From: Salinispira sp.
GTDB taxonomy: Bacteria > Spirochaetota > Spirochaetia > DSM-27196 > Salinispiraceae
DNA: 64,000 nt
Direction of reading: 5' to 3'
Assembly (NCBI GenBank): GCA_965602015.1
Contig: OZ271918.1
Span: 416,001 to 480,000 of the forward strand
Below, piece after piece: positions 1-10,687 of this stretch. Made by a program: the position numbers and the translations under genes. The first letter of the stretch is position 1. The number at the start of each line of letters is the position of its first letter. The notes under the pieces are model-generated. The model was not told the DNA's origin and made no database searches. It saw only the letters and a list, made by a program, of their open reading frames with translations.

Positions 1-1006
1 GCATCTGGCCAGGGAGGCGGAAACCCTCTCCTCTGCTGCGGCCATCATCAATTCCCAGCTCGATCTCACCCATACCATTGTCGCCATTCTCGAGCAGGCC
101 AAGCTTGTGCTCCCGTTTTCCAGCGCATCCGTCCAGCTGCTCAAAGGAGATGTACTGGAAATCGTCGGCGGAAAGGGGTTTGCTAATCCGTCGGAAATCT
201 CCGGGATGACATTTCCCATACCCGGGGATAATCCAAATTCGGAAGTAGTGCGAACCCGGGAAGCGCTGATGCTCGGCACGGAAATCCGCACCCGGTTTCC
301 CGGTTTTGTAGCCCAGACCAATCCCGATATTACCGCATGGATGGGTATTCCCCTTATCAGCAAGGACGAGCTTATCGGCATTCTAACCTTCGACCGTAAA
401 CAAGAGCCGGGCTTCAGCACCCATGAGCAGAAGCTGGCCGGTAGTTTTGGAAATCACGTGGCTATCTCCCTGCAAAACTCAAGGCTGTACGAAGACGTGA
501 AAGCCCTTTCCATCCGGGATCCCCTCACTGCATGCTACAACCGCCGCCAGATGTATGAAATTATGGAGCAGCAGATGGAGCTCAGCATCCGCCACGGCCA
601 GGAATTGTCGGTTATTCTGTTTGATCTCGATAATTTTAAGGATCTCAACGATAATTACGGGCACCTGTTCGGCGACCGGGTTTTAAAGACCGTCACCACC
701 CTCACCAGGGAAATGCTGCGCATGAGCGATTCCCTATGCCGTTTCGGCGGAGAAGAGTTTGTGATTATCCTGCCGCATGGTGATGAGAGCACCGCCGTTG
801 AAATCGCCGGTCGGATTAGAAAGACCATGGAAGAACACGGCTGGTTTCCCGACAGCCAAAAGCCGGTAACCCTGAGTTTGGGGTGTGCGGCCATGCAGCT
901 GTCGGACCTGAAGAACTGCGATGCCCTGATATCCCGGGCGGACAGCGCCCTATTGCGGGCTAAAAAAGCCGGCAAAAACCGGGTCGTTCGCTACTCGTCG
1001 ATGTGA
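1..1006 (+). CDS. GAF domain-containing diguanylate cyclase (5' end outside window)
   Basis: Frame is open from base 2. A GAF-like segment (WMGIPLISKDELIGILTFD) precedes a GGDEF domain with DPLT, DLDNFK, NDNYGH and RFGGEEF. The RxxD I-site (RMSD) is intact. Confidence 0.9.
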   Translation, partial: HLAREAETLSSAAAIINSQLDLTHTIVAILEQAKLVLPFSSASVQLLKGDVLEIVGGKGFANPSEISGMTFPIPGDNPNSEVVRTREALMLGTEIRTRFPGFVAQTNPDITAWMGIPLISKDELIGILTFDRKQEPGFSTHEQKLAGSFGNHVAISLQNSRLYEDVKALSIRDPLTACYNRRQMYEIMEQQMELSIRHGQELSVILFDLDNFKDLNDNYGHLFGDRVLKTVTTLTREMLRMSDSLCRFGGEEFVIILPHGDESTAVEIAGRIRKTMEEHGWFPDSQKPVTLSLGCAAMQLSDLKNCDALISRADSALLRAKKAGKNRVVRYSSM

Positions 1007-1016
1007 CCCGCGGCTC

Positions 1017-2066
1017 CTACTCCCACTTAAATAGCAGACTTGAAAGCACCAGGAATGCTAGGGTCAAGGCGCCGAGATACAGCAAATTCGGCATTATCTG
1101 AAGCAGTCCCGCTCCCTCGAGCATGATGGAACGGGCTCCGCTGATAAAATGGGTCAAGGGGAAGATGTTCGCCAGGCTGCCCACGAAGGCCGGGGCATTT
1201 TCAAGGCTGAAAAACACTCCGGACAATATCAGCATAGGGAAGGTAACCAGGTTCAACAGTCCAGATGCCAGCTCTTCGCTCTTGATTCTCGAGGCGAAAA
1301 CAAGTCCAAGTGAGATCATGCAGAGTATCGCCATTGTGGTTAACAGGAGCAGATTGAGCCAGTTTCCCTTCATAACGAAGCGGAGGAAGAGATTCGTTCC
1401 GGTGAATACGAATACCGAGGTAATAATCACGATCATTAGCCTGGAAACCGCCTGGGCGGACACAAAATTCAAGGGTGAGACCGGTGTTGCCTTCATGCGC
1501 TTGAGAACGCCGTTTTTGCGGTAGCGGACTATAACAAAACCGACGCCGAACAGGCAGCTGAACATCATGTTCATGCCGATGACCCCGGGCACCAGCCAGT
1601 CCACATAGCGGATCGGCTCCCCGCTCACCGTGGCTTCCTGCAGCAGGGCAGGACTGGACGCGGGTGCGGAAGCCGGAGCCGCCGCGCCGTCCATGAGTCT
1701 GCGCAGGATTTCGCTGCCCGAGGCCTCGCTGTTGAGATAGTATTCTCCTCGTGTGAAATCAACCACCATGGAGATTTGATGTTCCCGAAGGCTGTCCAGG
1801 GCGTCTTCGAGGCTCGTGCCGTTTGCCGAATAGTCGACAAGCTCAAGACCCTCGGTATCCAGAAGGGTAAACTCCGGCGGGGGGCTGCCGAAAACTCCCA
1901 CAGTGAACACCGCTTCGTTCCCGCCGGAAAAGGCGAAGGAGAAGCCGAAGACCAGAAGAAAGGGAAAAAGCAGATTCCAGAAAAAAGTGCCGCGGTCCCG
2001 GAGGAACTCCATGGTGCGGGCCTTTACCATTGCGTTAAATGAGCGAATTGTTAATGAAGCATTCAT
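1017..2066 (-). CDS. ABC-2 type exporter permease
   Basis: Multiple TM segments; RYVDWLVPG, GVLKRMKATP and FPLTH motifs; adjacent to an ABC ATPase. Confidence 0.88.
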   Translation of the reverse strand: MNASLTIRSFNAMVKARTMEFLRDRGTFFWNLLFPFLLVFGFSFAFSGGNEAVFTVGVFGSPPPEFTLLDTEGLELVDYSANGTSLEDALDSLREHQISMVVDFTRGEYYLNSEASGSEILRRLMDGAAAPASAPASSPALLQEATVSGEPIRYVDWLVPGVIGMNMMFSCLFGVGFVIVRYRKNGVLKRMKATPVSPLNFVSAQAVSRLMIVIITSVFVFTGTNLFLRFVMKGNWLNLLLLTTMAILCMISLGLVFASRIKSEELASGLLNLVTFPMLILSGVFFSLENAPAFVGSLANIFPLTHFISGARSIMLEGAGLLQIMPNLLYLGALTLAFLVLSSLLFKWE

Positions 2067-2076
2067 GCCTTTCCCC

Positions 2077-2973
2077 TTATGCTCTCAGTGAAGTGCCGGT
2101 CAATTTGATAAACAGGTCTTCAAGATTCGGCTTGTGGATATTAATTCCGTCTATGCCGACTCCCGCGTCCAGAAGATCCTTGACGCTGCGGTCAATGGCG
2201 TCGGTTTCTATTTCAAGCCCGGATTCGCCATTGCGTCCCCCAAGATCCTTGTGCAGGCGGCGTGCTTCCTCAGCAGTGAAGGTCTCGTTAAAGGGTATGT
2301 GTATAACCGCGCCGGAAAAGTGGCTGCTGAGAAGCCGTTCCGGCGTATCGAGTTCGAGAATACGTCCCTGATCCATAATCGCGATGGTATCGCAAAGCAG
2401 CTGGGCCTCATCCATATAATGGGTCGTTAGCAGCACGGTGGTGTTTTCCTCTAGGATGCCCCGGATCAGATCCCAGAAATTTCGCCGGGCCTGAGGGTCC
2501 AGTCCGGTGGTCGGCTCATCCAGGAACACAATCTCGGGCTTGGGGATAATCGCCAGGGCCAGAAGCATTCTCTGGCGCTGACCCCCCGAGAGTTTTCTGT
2601 TGTCGCGGTTTATTATGTCTCCCAGGGAACAGAGCTCAATGACCTGGTCAATCGGACGGGGGTCCGGATAGAAGGATGAAAATAGTTCAAGGGTTTCCCG
2701 TACGGTGATGAACTCCGGCAGGGCGGTGTGTTGAAACTGAATCCCCACCTTTTGCCGGAAGCGGGCGTCTATAGGCTCTCCTTTGAAGAGAATCCTGCCG
2801 CCGTCCGGTTCCTGTATTCCCTCGAGCATCTCAATGGTGGTCGTCTTCCCCGCGCCGTTGGGTCCCAGCAGTCCGAAACACTGACCTTGGGGTATCTCGA
2901 AATCGATTCCGTTGACAGCCTTCACATCCCCGAAGGATTTACTGAGGCCCTCAATTTTCATAATTGCATTCAT
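2077..2973 (-). CDS. ABC-2 type exporter ATP-binding protein
   Basis: Walker A GPNGAGKTT, signature LSGGQ, Walker B FLDEPTTGLD. Confidence 0.95.
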   Translation of the reverse strand: MNAIMKIEGLSKSFGDVKAVNGIDFEIPQGQCFGLLGPNGAGKTTTIEMLEGIQEPDGGRILFKGEPIDARFRQKVGIQFQHTALPEFITVRETLELFSSFYPDPRPIDQVIELCSLGDIINRDNRKLSGGQRQRMLLALAIIPKPEIVFLDEPTTGLDPQARRNFWDLIRGILEENTTVLLTTHYMDEAQLLCDTIAIMDQGRILELDTPERLLSSHFSGAVIHIPFNETFTAEEARRLHKDLGGRNGESGLEIETDAIDRSVKDLLDAGVGIDGINIHKPNLEDLFIKLTGTSLRA

Positions 2974-2980
2974 ATTTGAG

Positions 2981-3008
2981 AAAATACTGCCCCCGGGTCA
3001 CGGGGGCA
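2981..3008 (-). terminator. Possible intrinsic terminator between the BtrH-like gene and the ABC ATPase
   Basis: TGCCCCCG-N5-CGGGGGCA perfect stem at 2988-3008, followed by GTATTTT on the minus strand. Confidence 0.45.
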
Positions 3009-3045
3009 AGATAATGCGGGAGCAGGGTATTTTGTGGGACTGTCC

Positions 3046-4275
3046 TTAGCTGAGTCCCGGGTAATCAATGATACCCGCCAATGAGCGGAGCCCGGCCTCT
3101 TCCCGGTCCCTGATGGTCAGAATTGCCGCTGCCAGTTCTTTGTGGGCTTCCCCCAAAGCTTCCGGCGCACCGAGTGACGCATCGTCGAGGATTGCCCCGT
3201 ATTCCCTGTCCAGGGTTTCCAGTTCGCTCTGGGCTGCAGTTCCGTCGCTGAGGAACAGTCCATGCCGTTTTTTTAGAACTTCCGCGGCCTTTGCACAGGC
3301 GCCGATGGTCTCCGGCAGAATAAACCCTGCGAGATCCTTCCACAGACCGGCGATATTCCGGTACTCATCCGCAACTTCGGATATTTTCTTTTCAGCCAGG
3401 ATTTCCGCTGCTTCATCAAGAAAATCGGCGAACAGCCCCCGATCTCCCTGAAGGCTCTCGTCTTTCCAATGCAGGAGAGAATACTTGTACATGCTCATCA
3501 TAGCAGCAAGACGCCGCCGGTCATCGGGGAACTGCTGTGTCCATGAGCTCTTGCCCTTTTCATCACTAAGGTCCTTGGCGAGCCGGGTCATGGCCTTGTA
3601 GCCGAAGTTGTTGGCCGAGCCCTTGGGCGGCTTTTCAAAAAAGAGGGAGATGCTGTCGCGGATTCCCGCCAGCACTGCATCTCCAACAGAGGCGGCGGCC
3701 GGGGCGTCCAAGGTGATCATAAGGAACCGGTCTTTCTTGATCTTGCCCCGGGCATTATCAAAAAGCTCGGCGCTGCAGCTCAGCTCAGCCCGGCTTCGAT
3801 CGGCAAAGCGCACCTCGCCGGCCTCTCCCGGTCCCGGGGCCTGGAATACTGTTACGGGCTGCATGGCCCACATCTGCTCTCCGAGCTCGCTGTGTTCATA
3901 ACCGAGGGTGAATACGTCGGCCCACACTGCAGGTGCCAGGCCCTGTTCGATTGTTTCCGATAGCTTGACAGCGGCCTTGCTGCCGTCTCCCGAGCGTATC
4001 AGTTCCTGTGGCAGTAAAAGCCGTTCGCATACCGAATCCCAACCATAGCCTCCGAAGGTATTGCGGGTCAGAATGTTAACCTGGGGATCCTGCCCCTGGT
4101 AATCGAATATGAAGTACCCGAATGCCGCACCGCCGCTAATTCCGAAAAGAAGGGCCTCGCTGTACGGACTGCCGTTATGCGGAGCCTCCACGCCCTGATG
4201 GGACAAAATCTGAGCGATTGTCGAAAGTTGCGGGGATTTTCCCCCGAGTACGGTAAAGTTGTTGAGTGTGGCCAT
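3046..4275 (-). CDS. BtrH N-terminal / DUF4872 domain protein (papain-like fold)
   Basis: SEALLFGISGG..FGYF motif and overall layout typical of the BtrH_N family; GGAGG RBS. Confidence 0.7.
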   Translation of the reverse strand: MATLNNFTVLGGKSPQLSTIAQILSHQGVEAPHNGSPYSEALLFGISGGAAFGYFIFDYQGQDPQVNILTRNTFGGYGWDSVCERLLLPQELIRSGDGSKAAVKLSETIEQGLAPAVWADVFTLGYEHSELGEQMWAMQPVTVFQAPGPGEAGEVRFADRSRAELSCSAELFDNARGKIKKDRFLMITLDAPAAASVGDAVLAGIRDSISLFFEKPPKGSANNFGYKAMTRLAKDLSDEKGKSSWTQQFPDDRRRLAAMMSMYKYSLLHWKDESLQGDRGLFADFLDEAAEILAEKKISEVADEYRNIAGLWKDLAGFILPETIGACAKAAEVLKKRHGLFLSDGTAAQSELETLDREYGAILDDASLGAPEALGEAHKELAAAILTIRDREEAGLRSLAGIIDYPGLS

Positions 4276-4384
4276 AGTTTCCTCCGATTCCCGGCGGGCT
4301 TCCCGCCGTTTTTCCTGCGGCTGTCATAGCTATTATAATGCGCTCAACAACGGCCGGAGAAAAACTGCGACCTCCAATCCGCGA

Positions 4385-4774
4385 TTATTTCAGAGAATTG
4401 ACCACATTTCGCAACTTATTCTGTATCTCGCCGGCGATTCCCGCCAGCGACGGGTTCTGAACGGCCTGCATTGAACTCACCGGATCCACCGCGGCGATTT
4501 CGATTTTCCCGTCCGGCCACTGCTGAACCGTGACGTTGCAGGGGAGCATGGTGCCGATTTTGTCCTCAGCCTTGAGGGCTTCGTAGGCGAATGGCGGATT
4601 GCAGGCACCGAGAATGCGGTAGTTCCGGAAGTCCACATCGAGTTTTTTCTCCATGGTTGCCCTGACATCGATTTCCGTGAGAACGCCGAATCCTTCAGCC
4701 TTTAAGGCTTCGGTCACCTGGGCGATTGCCGCGTCGAATTCTCCTCCGATTGTGGTGCTGATGTAATAGCTCAT
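4385..4774 (-). CDS. DUF302 domain protein
   Basis: GFGVLTEIDV, YRILGACNP and IGTMLPCNV motifs. Confidence 0.92.
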   Translation of the reverse strand: MSYYISTTIGGEFDAAIAQVTEALKAEGFGVLTEIDVRATMEKKLDVDFRNYRILGACNPPFAYEALKAEDKIGTMLPCNVTVQQWPDGKIEIAAVDPVSSMQAVQNPSLAGIAGEIQNKLRNVVNSLK

Positions 4775-4803
4775 ACGGTCTGCTCCTGAATATATGAAAT
4801 TCT

Positions 4804-6492
4804 TTATATGATTCTGCAGGGAAAGGTAATGATAAAACGGCTTCCCGTGGAGCTGTTTTTCTCTAGCTGTATTTGACCTCTGAGATTACTGGTGACGATG
4901 TTGTGAACGATGCTCAGGCCGAGACCAGATGATCCTTGGAATTTCTTGGAACTGACGAAGGGCTCGAATACTCTCTCCCGGATATCCTCGGGAATACCGT
5001 TTCCGTCATCGGAAAAATCCAGGTATACGGTGTCCGGCGCGCCGGCACTGAGGGAAATCCGAATATGAATGTGCCCGTTTTCCCGCCCGGCCAGGCCGTG
5101 AAGGATGGCGTTTTCGTACAGATTCGCGAGTATGCGGGAAATAAGGCCGGGAACCGTTTCGATTTCCGCATCCGGTGCGTCGAGGGTATGGCTGTGCCCG
5201 CTGTCTTTTATAAGGGGATAGAGATTGCTGAGCACCGAGCGGCAGTATTCCCTCACATTGATTATCCGCTGATCTTCCGAAACCTGATCTATGGAGACTT
5301 CTTTGAAGGACTGGATGAGTTCCGCCGCCCGGGAAATATTGCCGGTCACCATATCGGAACTCTTCCTGGTGGTATCAAGAAAGCGCTGAAAATCCTCCCT
5401 GCTTATCTGGTCCTTTTTTAGCTTCGATTCGATGGAATTAATGCTCTCTTCCAGCAGGGTTGAGGCGGTCAGCGCTACTCCGATCGGCGTGTTGATTTCA
5501 TGGGCGACTCCGGCGACCATGGTACCCATTCCCGCGGTCTTCTCCGCTTCGAGCATTCGCCGTTGGGATTCCTCCATCTGTCGGGTGCGCTGCTTTACCT
5601 TCTCTTCGAGGGTCTGGCCCCAGCTCTTGAGCTCTACGTTGGCTGCCCTAAGCTTGCGGGTGAGAATGCTCACGCTCAACGCCGATGCCACTACGGCGAT
5701 TATCAGCACGATGAGACTACTTATAATCCAGGGAGGAATTACCCTTCGGCCGCTTTCTCCGAAATAACTCTCAAAGAGCCGGTTGTAGGGGGAATTCGGA
5801 TCGGATTTCCAGCGGGCGAGCCGGGCATTAAGCTGCTGCATAAAGAGCCAGTTTTCCCCCTTTGCGGTGGCGTAAGTCGTAGAGTATGCGTTGAAAATTA
5901 TGCTGGTTCTGAAAATCAGCGGGTAGCCTTCCAAATCGATGAGGTTGGAAACCGCGGCGGCATCTACTTCCCCGGAAGATACAGCCGACAAAAGGGCTGT
6001 GTAATCCGCATAGCGGTTCAGTTCAATTTGCACATCGAACTCGTCAATGAAATCGAGAAAGGCTTCTCCGTTCCGGTCTCCGGTCATTATGCCGACGGAC
6101 TTTTTGTCAAGATCGAGGACTGTCTCTATTGTCGATTGTCGGTTAGCCACAATTTGGGTGTAGGCCGCAAGTACGGTCTCGTCGAGATAGTCCAGAAATT
6201 CCGCCCGTTCAGCCGTTCTGGTTACGGCGATGAGCAGATCAATTTCCCCCCGTCTGGTCAACTCGAGGTTTTCTCCCCAACTCCCCTGATTATAGCTGAC
6301 CTCAAACCCCAGGTCGTCGGCCAGAGCTTCAAGGAGATCAATGTAAAAACCGGTCCGCTGCCCCTGGGAATCAACGAAGGAAAACGGCGGAAGATCGGGC
6401 ATAAATGCCGCAGTTATTTGTTGTCCTAATAGTGGCTGCGAGGCTATCGCCGTGGCGAGAAGGGCGATGACAAGTGCGCCGGGACGTTTCAT
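4804..6492 (-). CDS. Sensor histidine kinase with a periplasmic amino-acid-binding (SBP family 3-like) domain
   Basis: Signal peptide, PPFSF..G SBP-like domain, one TM, H-box AHEINTP, N-box ENAILHG, DDGNGI and GSSGLGL. Confidence 0.9.
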   Translation of the reverse strand: MKRPGALVIALLATAIASQPLLGQQITAAFMPDLPPFSFVDSQGQRTGFYIDLLEALADDLGFEVSYNQGSWGENLELTRRGEIDLLIAVTRTAERAEFLDYLDETVLAAYTQIVANRQSTIETVLDLDKKSVGIMTGDRNGEAFLDFIDEFDVQIELNRYADYTALLSAVSSGEVDAAAVSNLIDLEGYPLIFRTSIIFNAYSTTYATAKGENWLFMQQLNARLARWKSDPNSPYNRLFESYFGESGRRVIPPWIISSLIVLIIAVVASALSVSILTRKLRAANVELKSWGQTLEEKVKQRTRQMEESQRRMLEAEKTAGMGTMVAGVAHEINTPIGVALTASTLLEESINSIESKLKKDQISREDFQRFLDTTRKSSDMVTGNISRAAELIQSFKEVSIDQVSEDQRIINVREYCRSVLSNLYPLIKDSGHSHTLDAPDAEIETVPGLISRILANLYENAILHGLAGRENGHIHIRISLSAGAPDTVYLDFSDDGNGIPEDIRERVFEPFVSSKKFQGSSGLGLSIVHNIVTSNLRGQIQLEKNSSTGSRFIITFPCRII

Positions 6493-6980
6493 TGCTCTTC
6501 TTCAATCCTGGCATTTTGAATATCGCGGTAGGACCGAAGGGCGATAAGAACCCGGTCTTTTAAGTCCTGCTGCCGGAGGCTTTCCTTGCGGACGTAATCG
6601 TTTATATCGTACTCCCTGATTATGGCGGAAACATTGCTGTAGCCCGGCTGCCCGCTTCTCAGCACAATCCGCAGGTCCGAGTTGCCCAGTTCTCTTCGCA
6701 CTGCGTTCACCACGTCGAGACCGGCGGTGTAATTTTCCATCACTACGTCCAGGAGCAGGACGGCGGTGTCGGGATGTTCTTTCAGAATTTCGATGGTTTC
6801 CTGACCGCTGAAACTGCTGATGATCTCGACAGGTCTGCCCTCGAAAAGAAAACCGCTGAGAACCAGCTTGGTAATCATGTGTACGTCGCCTTCGTCATCA
6901 GCCACTACAATGGTCCAGGGTTCAACGTTTTCACCCGGTTGGGCGCTGTCGTCCGAGGGTGCGAATGTCATTTTATCCAT
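6489..6980 (-). CDS. Single-domain response regulator
   Basis: ADD acidic pocket, LLDVVM phospho-Asp, DYVRK; start chosen after AAAGGAGA RBS; overlaps the kinase start. Confidence 0.85.
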   Translation of the reverse strand: MDKMTFAPSDDSAQPGENVEPWTIVVADDEGDVHMITKLVLSGFLFEGRPVEIISSFSGQETIEILKEHPDTAVLLLDVVMENYTAGLDVVNAVRRELGNSDLRIVLRSGQPGYSNVSAIIREYDINDYVRKESLRQQDLKDRVLIALRSYRDIQNARIEEEQ

Positions 6981-7034
6981 GACTTTTTTGGCATCTCCTT
7001 TCAAAAGTATAGAAAACCTGTTACCTAATAACAA

Positions 7035-7817
7035 ATGAAAATACCGCAAAAAATCCCGGTCTCAACCCTCGTGCTGCTTTCTCCGTCGAAAACCCAGAGC
7101 ACCCACGCTCCCCGGCAGCTTCCCGCCGGTTTCACCCCGAAACGACCCCGGTTTTCCCAGGCGGCTGATAGGCTATCGGCGGAGCTCGAGGGAAAGCCGT
7201 CGGGGTATTTTGCTTCCAGGGAAAATCTGAGAGACGAAAAGGCCCGGGAAATCCAGGAGCGCTGGAGCCTCCGCAGCGCAATGCCGGAAATTCCCGCGGG
7301 ATTTCTCTACCGGGGCCCGGCGTTTACCGCACTTGACTACCCCTCGATTGCCGACGGAGCGCAGGCGGAGGGGCCGCGGCTGGGGATTCTTTCAGCGCTC
7401 TACGGGCTGCTGAGAGCTGAGGACCTCATGAGAGCCTATCGCCTTGATTTTTCCTATCGGGATCTGAAGATCGACGGACTTCCGCTTTTAGATTACTGGA
7501 AACAGACCATCCGGGATTCACTGAGCCGGGAGTGCTGGAAACTGTTTATCGACCTCAGTTCGGGGGAATTTTCCCCCTTGATTCCCGGCGGACTGGCTCC
7601 GGTCATACGGATCGATTTCAAGGAATGGCGCAGGGGTGCCTGGCGAAGCGTCAGCGCCACCGCGAAGCAGCTACGAGGTGAAGCGGCCCGCTGGATTCTC
7701 ACCCATCCCGGCGCATCAGTAGAGACGCTTATGACGTCGGAGTTTAGGGGCCACCGTTTTAATGCCGATCTTTCACAGGGGAATCTCTGGGTGTACAGCC
7801 ATAATGGACCGGCGTGA
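7035..7817 (+). CDS. yaaA: YaaA family peroxide stress protein
   Basis: LLSPSK, LYRG, ILSALYGLLR..D....YRL, DLSSGEF and AKQLRG motifs. Confidence 0.8.
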   Translation: MKIPQKIPVSTLVLLSPSKTQSTHAPRQLPAGFTPKRPRFSQAADRLSAELEGKPSGYFASRENLRDEKAREIQERWSLRSAMPEIPAGFLYRGPAFTALDYPSIADGAQAEGPRLGILSALYGLLRAEDLMRAYRLDFSYRDLKIDGLPLLDYWKQTIRDSLSRECWKLFIDLSSGEFSPLIPGGLAPVIRIDFKEWRRGAWRSVSATAKQLRGEAARWILTHPGASVETLMTSEFRGHRFNADLSQGNLWVYSHNGPA

Positions 7818-7956
7818 GCCCTCGCTGTGACAGGGAAACACAAGCCGGCGGGAATGTAGTATTCTTAATGTACATAACGTTGTCCCCCTTGCGCTGCCGA
7901 TTGTGAAATCTGCGCAAGAAACCCGATGGTGAGGGGGGCAGTTCCTGGAGTTGCGT

Positions 7957-10524
7957 ATGAACGTGAGTATTAGAATCCGGCTTTTTTTCCTGAGCCTGGC
8001 GTCCATGTTGTCTATTGCCGCCATTGCCTTTGCAACCATTTTTGTTTCCTATCAGGCTCAAAACCAGCTGAGCATTGAAAAACTCACCGCAATTCGGGAT
8101 GTGCGGGCCGATCAGGTGGAGGACTACTTCGATACCATCGCTTCACAGGTGGAGACCATGGCGGAGAATCTCATGGTTGTCCAGGCCATGCGGGAATTCA
8201 ACGAGGAATTTCAGGCCCTCAAAACCCGAAGCGCGAATACCCCTTCCCGCAACCGGAGCGCGGTTGACGCTTTTTTGGTTCGGGAGTTTCTTCCGAGAAT
8301 CCCCCAGACTGTACGGCCATTAAATGCCAGCCGTCTGCTTCCCTCCAATGACGCGGGATTCGAGCTGCAGTACCGCTATCTGGCCAGCAATCCCAATCCC
8401 GTCGGGCAAAAGGACGAGCTCTCAAGCGCCGGAGTAGACGGCTACGACGCCGTGCATGAGCGCTACCACCGGGTATTCCGCTCGTTTCTCAGAAGTTTTG
8501 GTTACTATGATATTTTCCTTGTCGAGCCGGAAAACGGTACAATCGTGTATTCGGTGTTCAAGGAGGCGGATTTTGCCACCGAGCTGACCGACGGACCCTA
8601 TGCGGAGTCCGGCATCGGCAGGGTCTTCCAGCGCGGTCTTTCCGCTGAAGCCGGCAGCTCGGTGCTCATCGACTTTGATGAATATCTGCCAAGCTACGCA
8701 GCGCCCGCTTCCTTTATTTCTTCCCCGGTATACGACGGCGATGAGCTCCTTGGGGTTCTAATCTTTCAGATGCCCATTGAGAGAATTATCAGCGCCATGA
8801 CCGGCGATCAAAACTGGATAGAAGGGGGGATGGGGCTCACCGGGGAAACTTATCTGCTGGGAACCGACCGCCTTCTCAGGTCGGAAGTACGTCCGTTCCT
8901 TGAAAACTCCGCAGGTTTTACGAATGCGTTGCGCGAAGAGCTTCTCCGCGGGGGACAGGCCACCCAGGTCGAGAATTTCGGCACGACAATTCTCCAGGTT
9001 TCCGTGCGTAATTTGGCGGTGGATGCCGCGGTCTCCGGCCAGACCGGCAGCATGATTACCGAAAACTATCTCGAGCGCAGTGTGCTCAGCGCTTTCGCGC
9101 CGCTGGATATACCGGGGGTCCGCTGGGTCCTCATGGCGGAAATGGAGGTGGCTGAAGCCACCGAAAGTGTGAGACGACTGATTCTCCTTGCCGGTATTAT
9201 TTCACTGGGCTTGCTCCTCCTTCTGATAGCGGCTGTCAGCCTCATCGGACGGAGCATCACAAAGCCCCTTGGAAGAACCGTGGACATTCTCAAGGATATA
9301 TCCGAGGGCAGCGGCGATCTGACGGTGCGCATCGGAAACCCCGGCAAGGACGAAATCGGCCAGATGTCCGGGTATTTCAACATTTTTGTCTCCAAACTGC
9401 ATGACATCGTGGCGGCAATAAAAGAGAAGGCCGGCCAGGCCGAGGATCTTTCAGACACCCTGATGGCCAGTTCTGAGGAGAGTTCGGCGGCGGTATACCA
9501 GATTTCCCAGAACCTGAACTCCATCGGTGAACAAGTAAACGGTTTGGACGGAAGCATCCAGGACACTTTCAAGGCGGTAAAAGGGATACTCGATACCGTG
9601 GCAGCCCTGAGCCGGGTAGTGGGAACCCAGCGTTCGGCGGTTGACAGCTCATCCTCTTCCACGGAGCAAATGGTTGCCTCGATTCAGTCGGTGAACGGTA
9701 TAATCGGCAACAGGCAGCAGCGCAGCATAGAACTGCAGCGCATCACCGGCGAGGGCGGTGAAAAACTGGAGAGCACCCTGGAAGTGATTTCCCGGGTGCA
9801 GCAGGCTGCGGACAAAATAATGGAGGCGGTTTCCATTATTCAGGCGATCAGCGACCAGACGAATTTGCTGGCAATGAATGCCGCCATCGAAGCTGCCCAT
9901 GCGGGGGATGCGGGCCGGGGGTTCTCGGTTGTCGCCGATGAGATTCGCAAGCTCTCGGAGACCAGCAGGCAAAATTCGATGGTCATCTCCGAAAGCATTA
10001 CCGAGTCCGTCGATCTTATCAATCAGGCCATGGAGGCTGCCAATATCACCGGTGAGAGTTTCACCGAAATACAGCGGGAAGTGGAGCTGTTCACCCAGGC
10101 TTTCGGGGAGATTGCCGCAAGCATGGCCGAAGTGTCCCAGGGGAGCAATGAGATTCTCGAATCGATTTCCAGCCTGACGGAAGTGTCCAATCAGGTCAAT
10201 GCCGAGAGCACAAAGCTCAGCGAGGGAGCTTCGGATATTGAGAAAAATATCAGCACTGTGCGGGACGTGTCCACCAGTGTTTCGGGCAGCATTGCGGAGA
10301 TCGATACGGGCATTAGGGAGATAACCTCGTCGGCCCAGGAGCTCGCGGAACTGGGGCAGCAAAACCGGAGCTATCTCTCGACGATTAACGCCGAAATATC
10401 CGTCTTTACCATCGATACTGCCGGCGTTGCGGAAAAAACTTCAGACCTCTCCATCGCCGATGAACAGAGCTCGGAGGACGAGGATTTTGCGGACGGCAAC
10501 ACTGAGGGGACCGAGTCCGGTTGA
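7957..10524 (+). CDS. Methyl-accepting chemotaxis protein (Cache-type sensor, HAMP, signalling domain)
   Basis: Two TMs, [18 protein letters not shown] sensor motif, HAMP (GDLTVRI..DEIG), [17 protein letters not shown]. Confidence 0.95.
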   Translation: MNVSIRIRLFFLSLASMLSIAAIAFATIFVSYQAQNQLSIEKLTAIRDVRADQVEDYFDTIASQVETMAENLMVVQAMREFNEEFQALKTRSANTPSRNRSAVDAFLVREFLPRIPQTVRPLNASRLLPSNDAGFELQYRYLASNPNPVGQKDELSSAGVDGYDAVHERYHRVFRSFLRSFGYYDIFLVEPENGTIVYSVFKEADFATELTDGPYAESGIGRVFQRGLSAEAGSSVLIDFDEYLPSYAAPASFISSPVYDGDELLGVLIFQMPIERIISAMTGDQNWIEGGMGLTGETYLLGTDRLLRSEVRPFLENSAGFTNALREELLRGGQATQVENFGTTILQVSVRNLAVDAAVSGQTGSMITENYLERSVLSAFAPLDIPGVRWVLMAEMEVAEATESVRRLILLAGIISLGLLLLLIAAVSLIGRSITKPLGRTVDILKDISEGSGDLTVRIGNPGKDEIGQMSGYFNIFVSKLHDIVAAIKEKAGQAEDLSDTLMASSEESSAAVYQISQNLNSIGEQVNGLDGSIQDTFKAVKGILDTVAALSRVVGTQRSAVDSSSSSTEQMVASIQSVNGIIGNRQQRSIELQRITGEGGEKLESTLEVISRVQQAADKIMEAVSIIQAISDQTNLLAMNAAIEAAHAGDAGRGFSVVADEIRKLSETSRQNSMVISESITESVDLINQAMEAANITGESFTEIQREVELFTQAFGEIAASMAEVSQGSNEILESISSLTEVSNQVNAESTKLSEGASDIEKNISTVRDVSTSVSGSIAEIDTGIREITSSAQELAELGQQNRSYLSTINAEISVFTIDTAGVAEKTSDLSIADEQSSEDEDFADGNTEGTESG

Positions 10525-10611
10525 ACGGCGTACCGAGCTGAACGGCGAACCGGGCTACGCGGCGAACCGGGCTGAGCGGCGAACCGAGCTACGCGGCGCG
10601 CCGGGCTGAGC
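10521..10611. repeat. Degenerate 17-bp tandem repeat (five copies plus a partial sixth)
   Basis: ttgaacggcgtaccgag / ctgaacggcgaaccggg / ctacgcggcgaaccggg / ctgagcggcgaaccgag / ctacgcggcgcgccggg / ctgagc. Confidence 0.9.
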
Positions 10612-10687
10612 ACCGGCCTCTTGCGCTTTGGTAATTATTCCGATACGTTGTATTTTTATACATTCTATACAGAGTATCGGAGGCACC

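Noticed and set aside
2984..3008. Third copy of the inverted-repeat element (TACTGCCCCC)
   Set aside because: Only about 10 bp match and the AAAACAGCTGAT part is absent. Better explained as a local hairpin.
4292..4313. Plus-strand terminator-like hairpin (CGGCGGG-CTT-CCCGCCG-TTTTT) implying a hidden antisense gene
   Set aside because: No credible plus-strand gene ends here. It may simply be a leader hairpin of the minus-strand gene.
7818..7956. Riboswitch or sigma28 promoter upstream of the MCP
   Set aside because: Some pairing (CTTGCGC/GCGCAAG) and a GCCGAT hexamer are present, but I could not match spacing or consensus to a known family.
10521..10611. CRISPR array
   Set aside because: Units are contiguous 17-mers with no unique spacers, and no cas genes are present.
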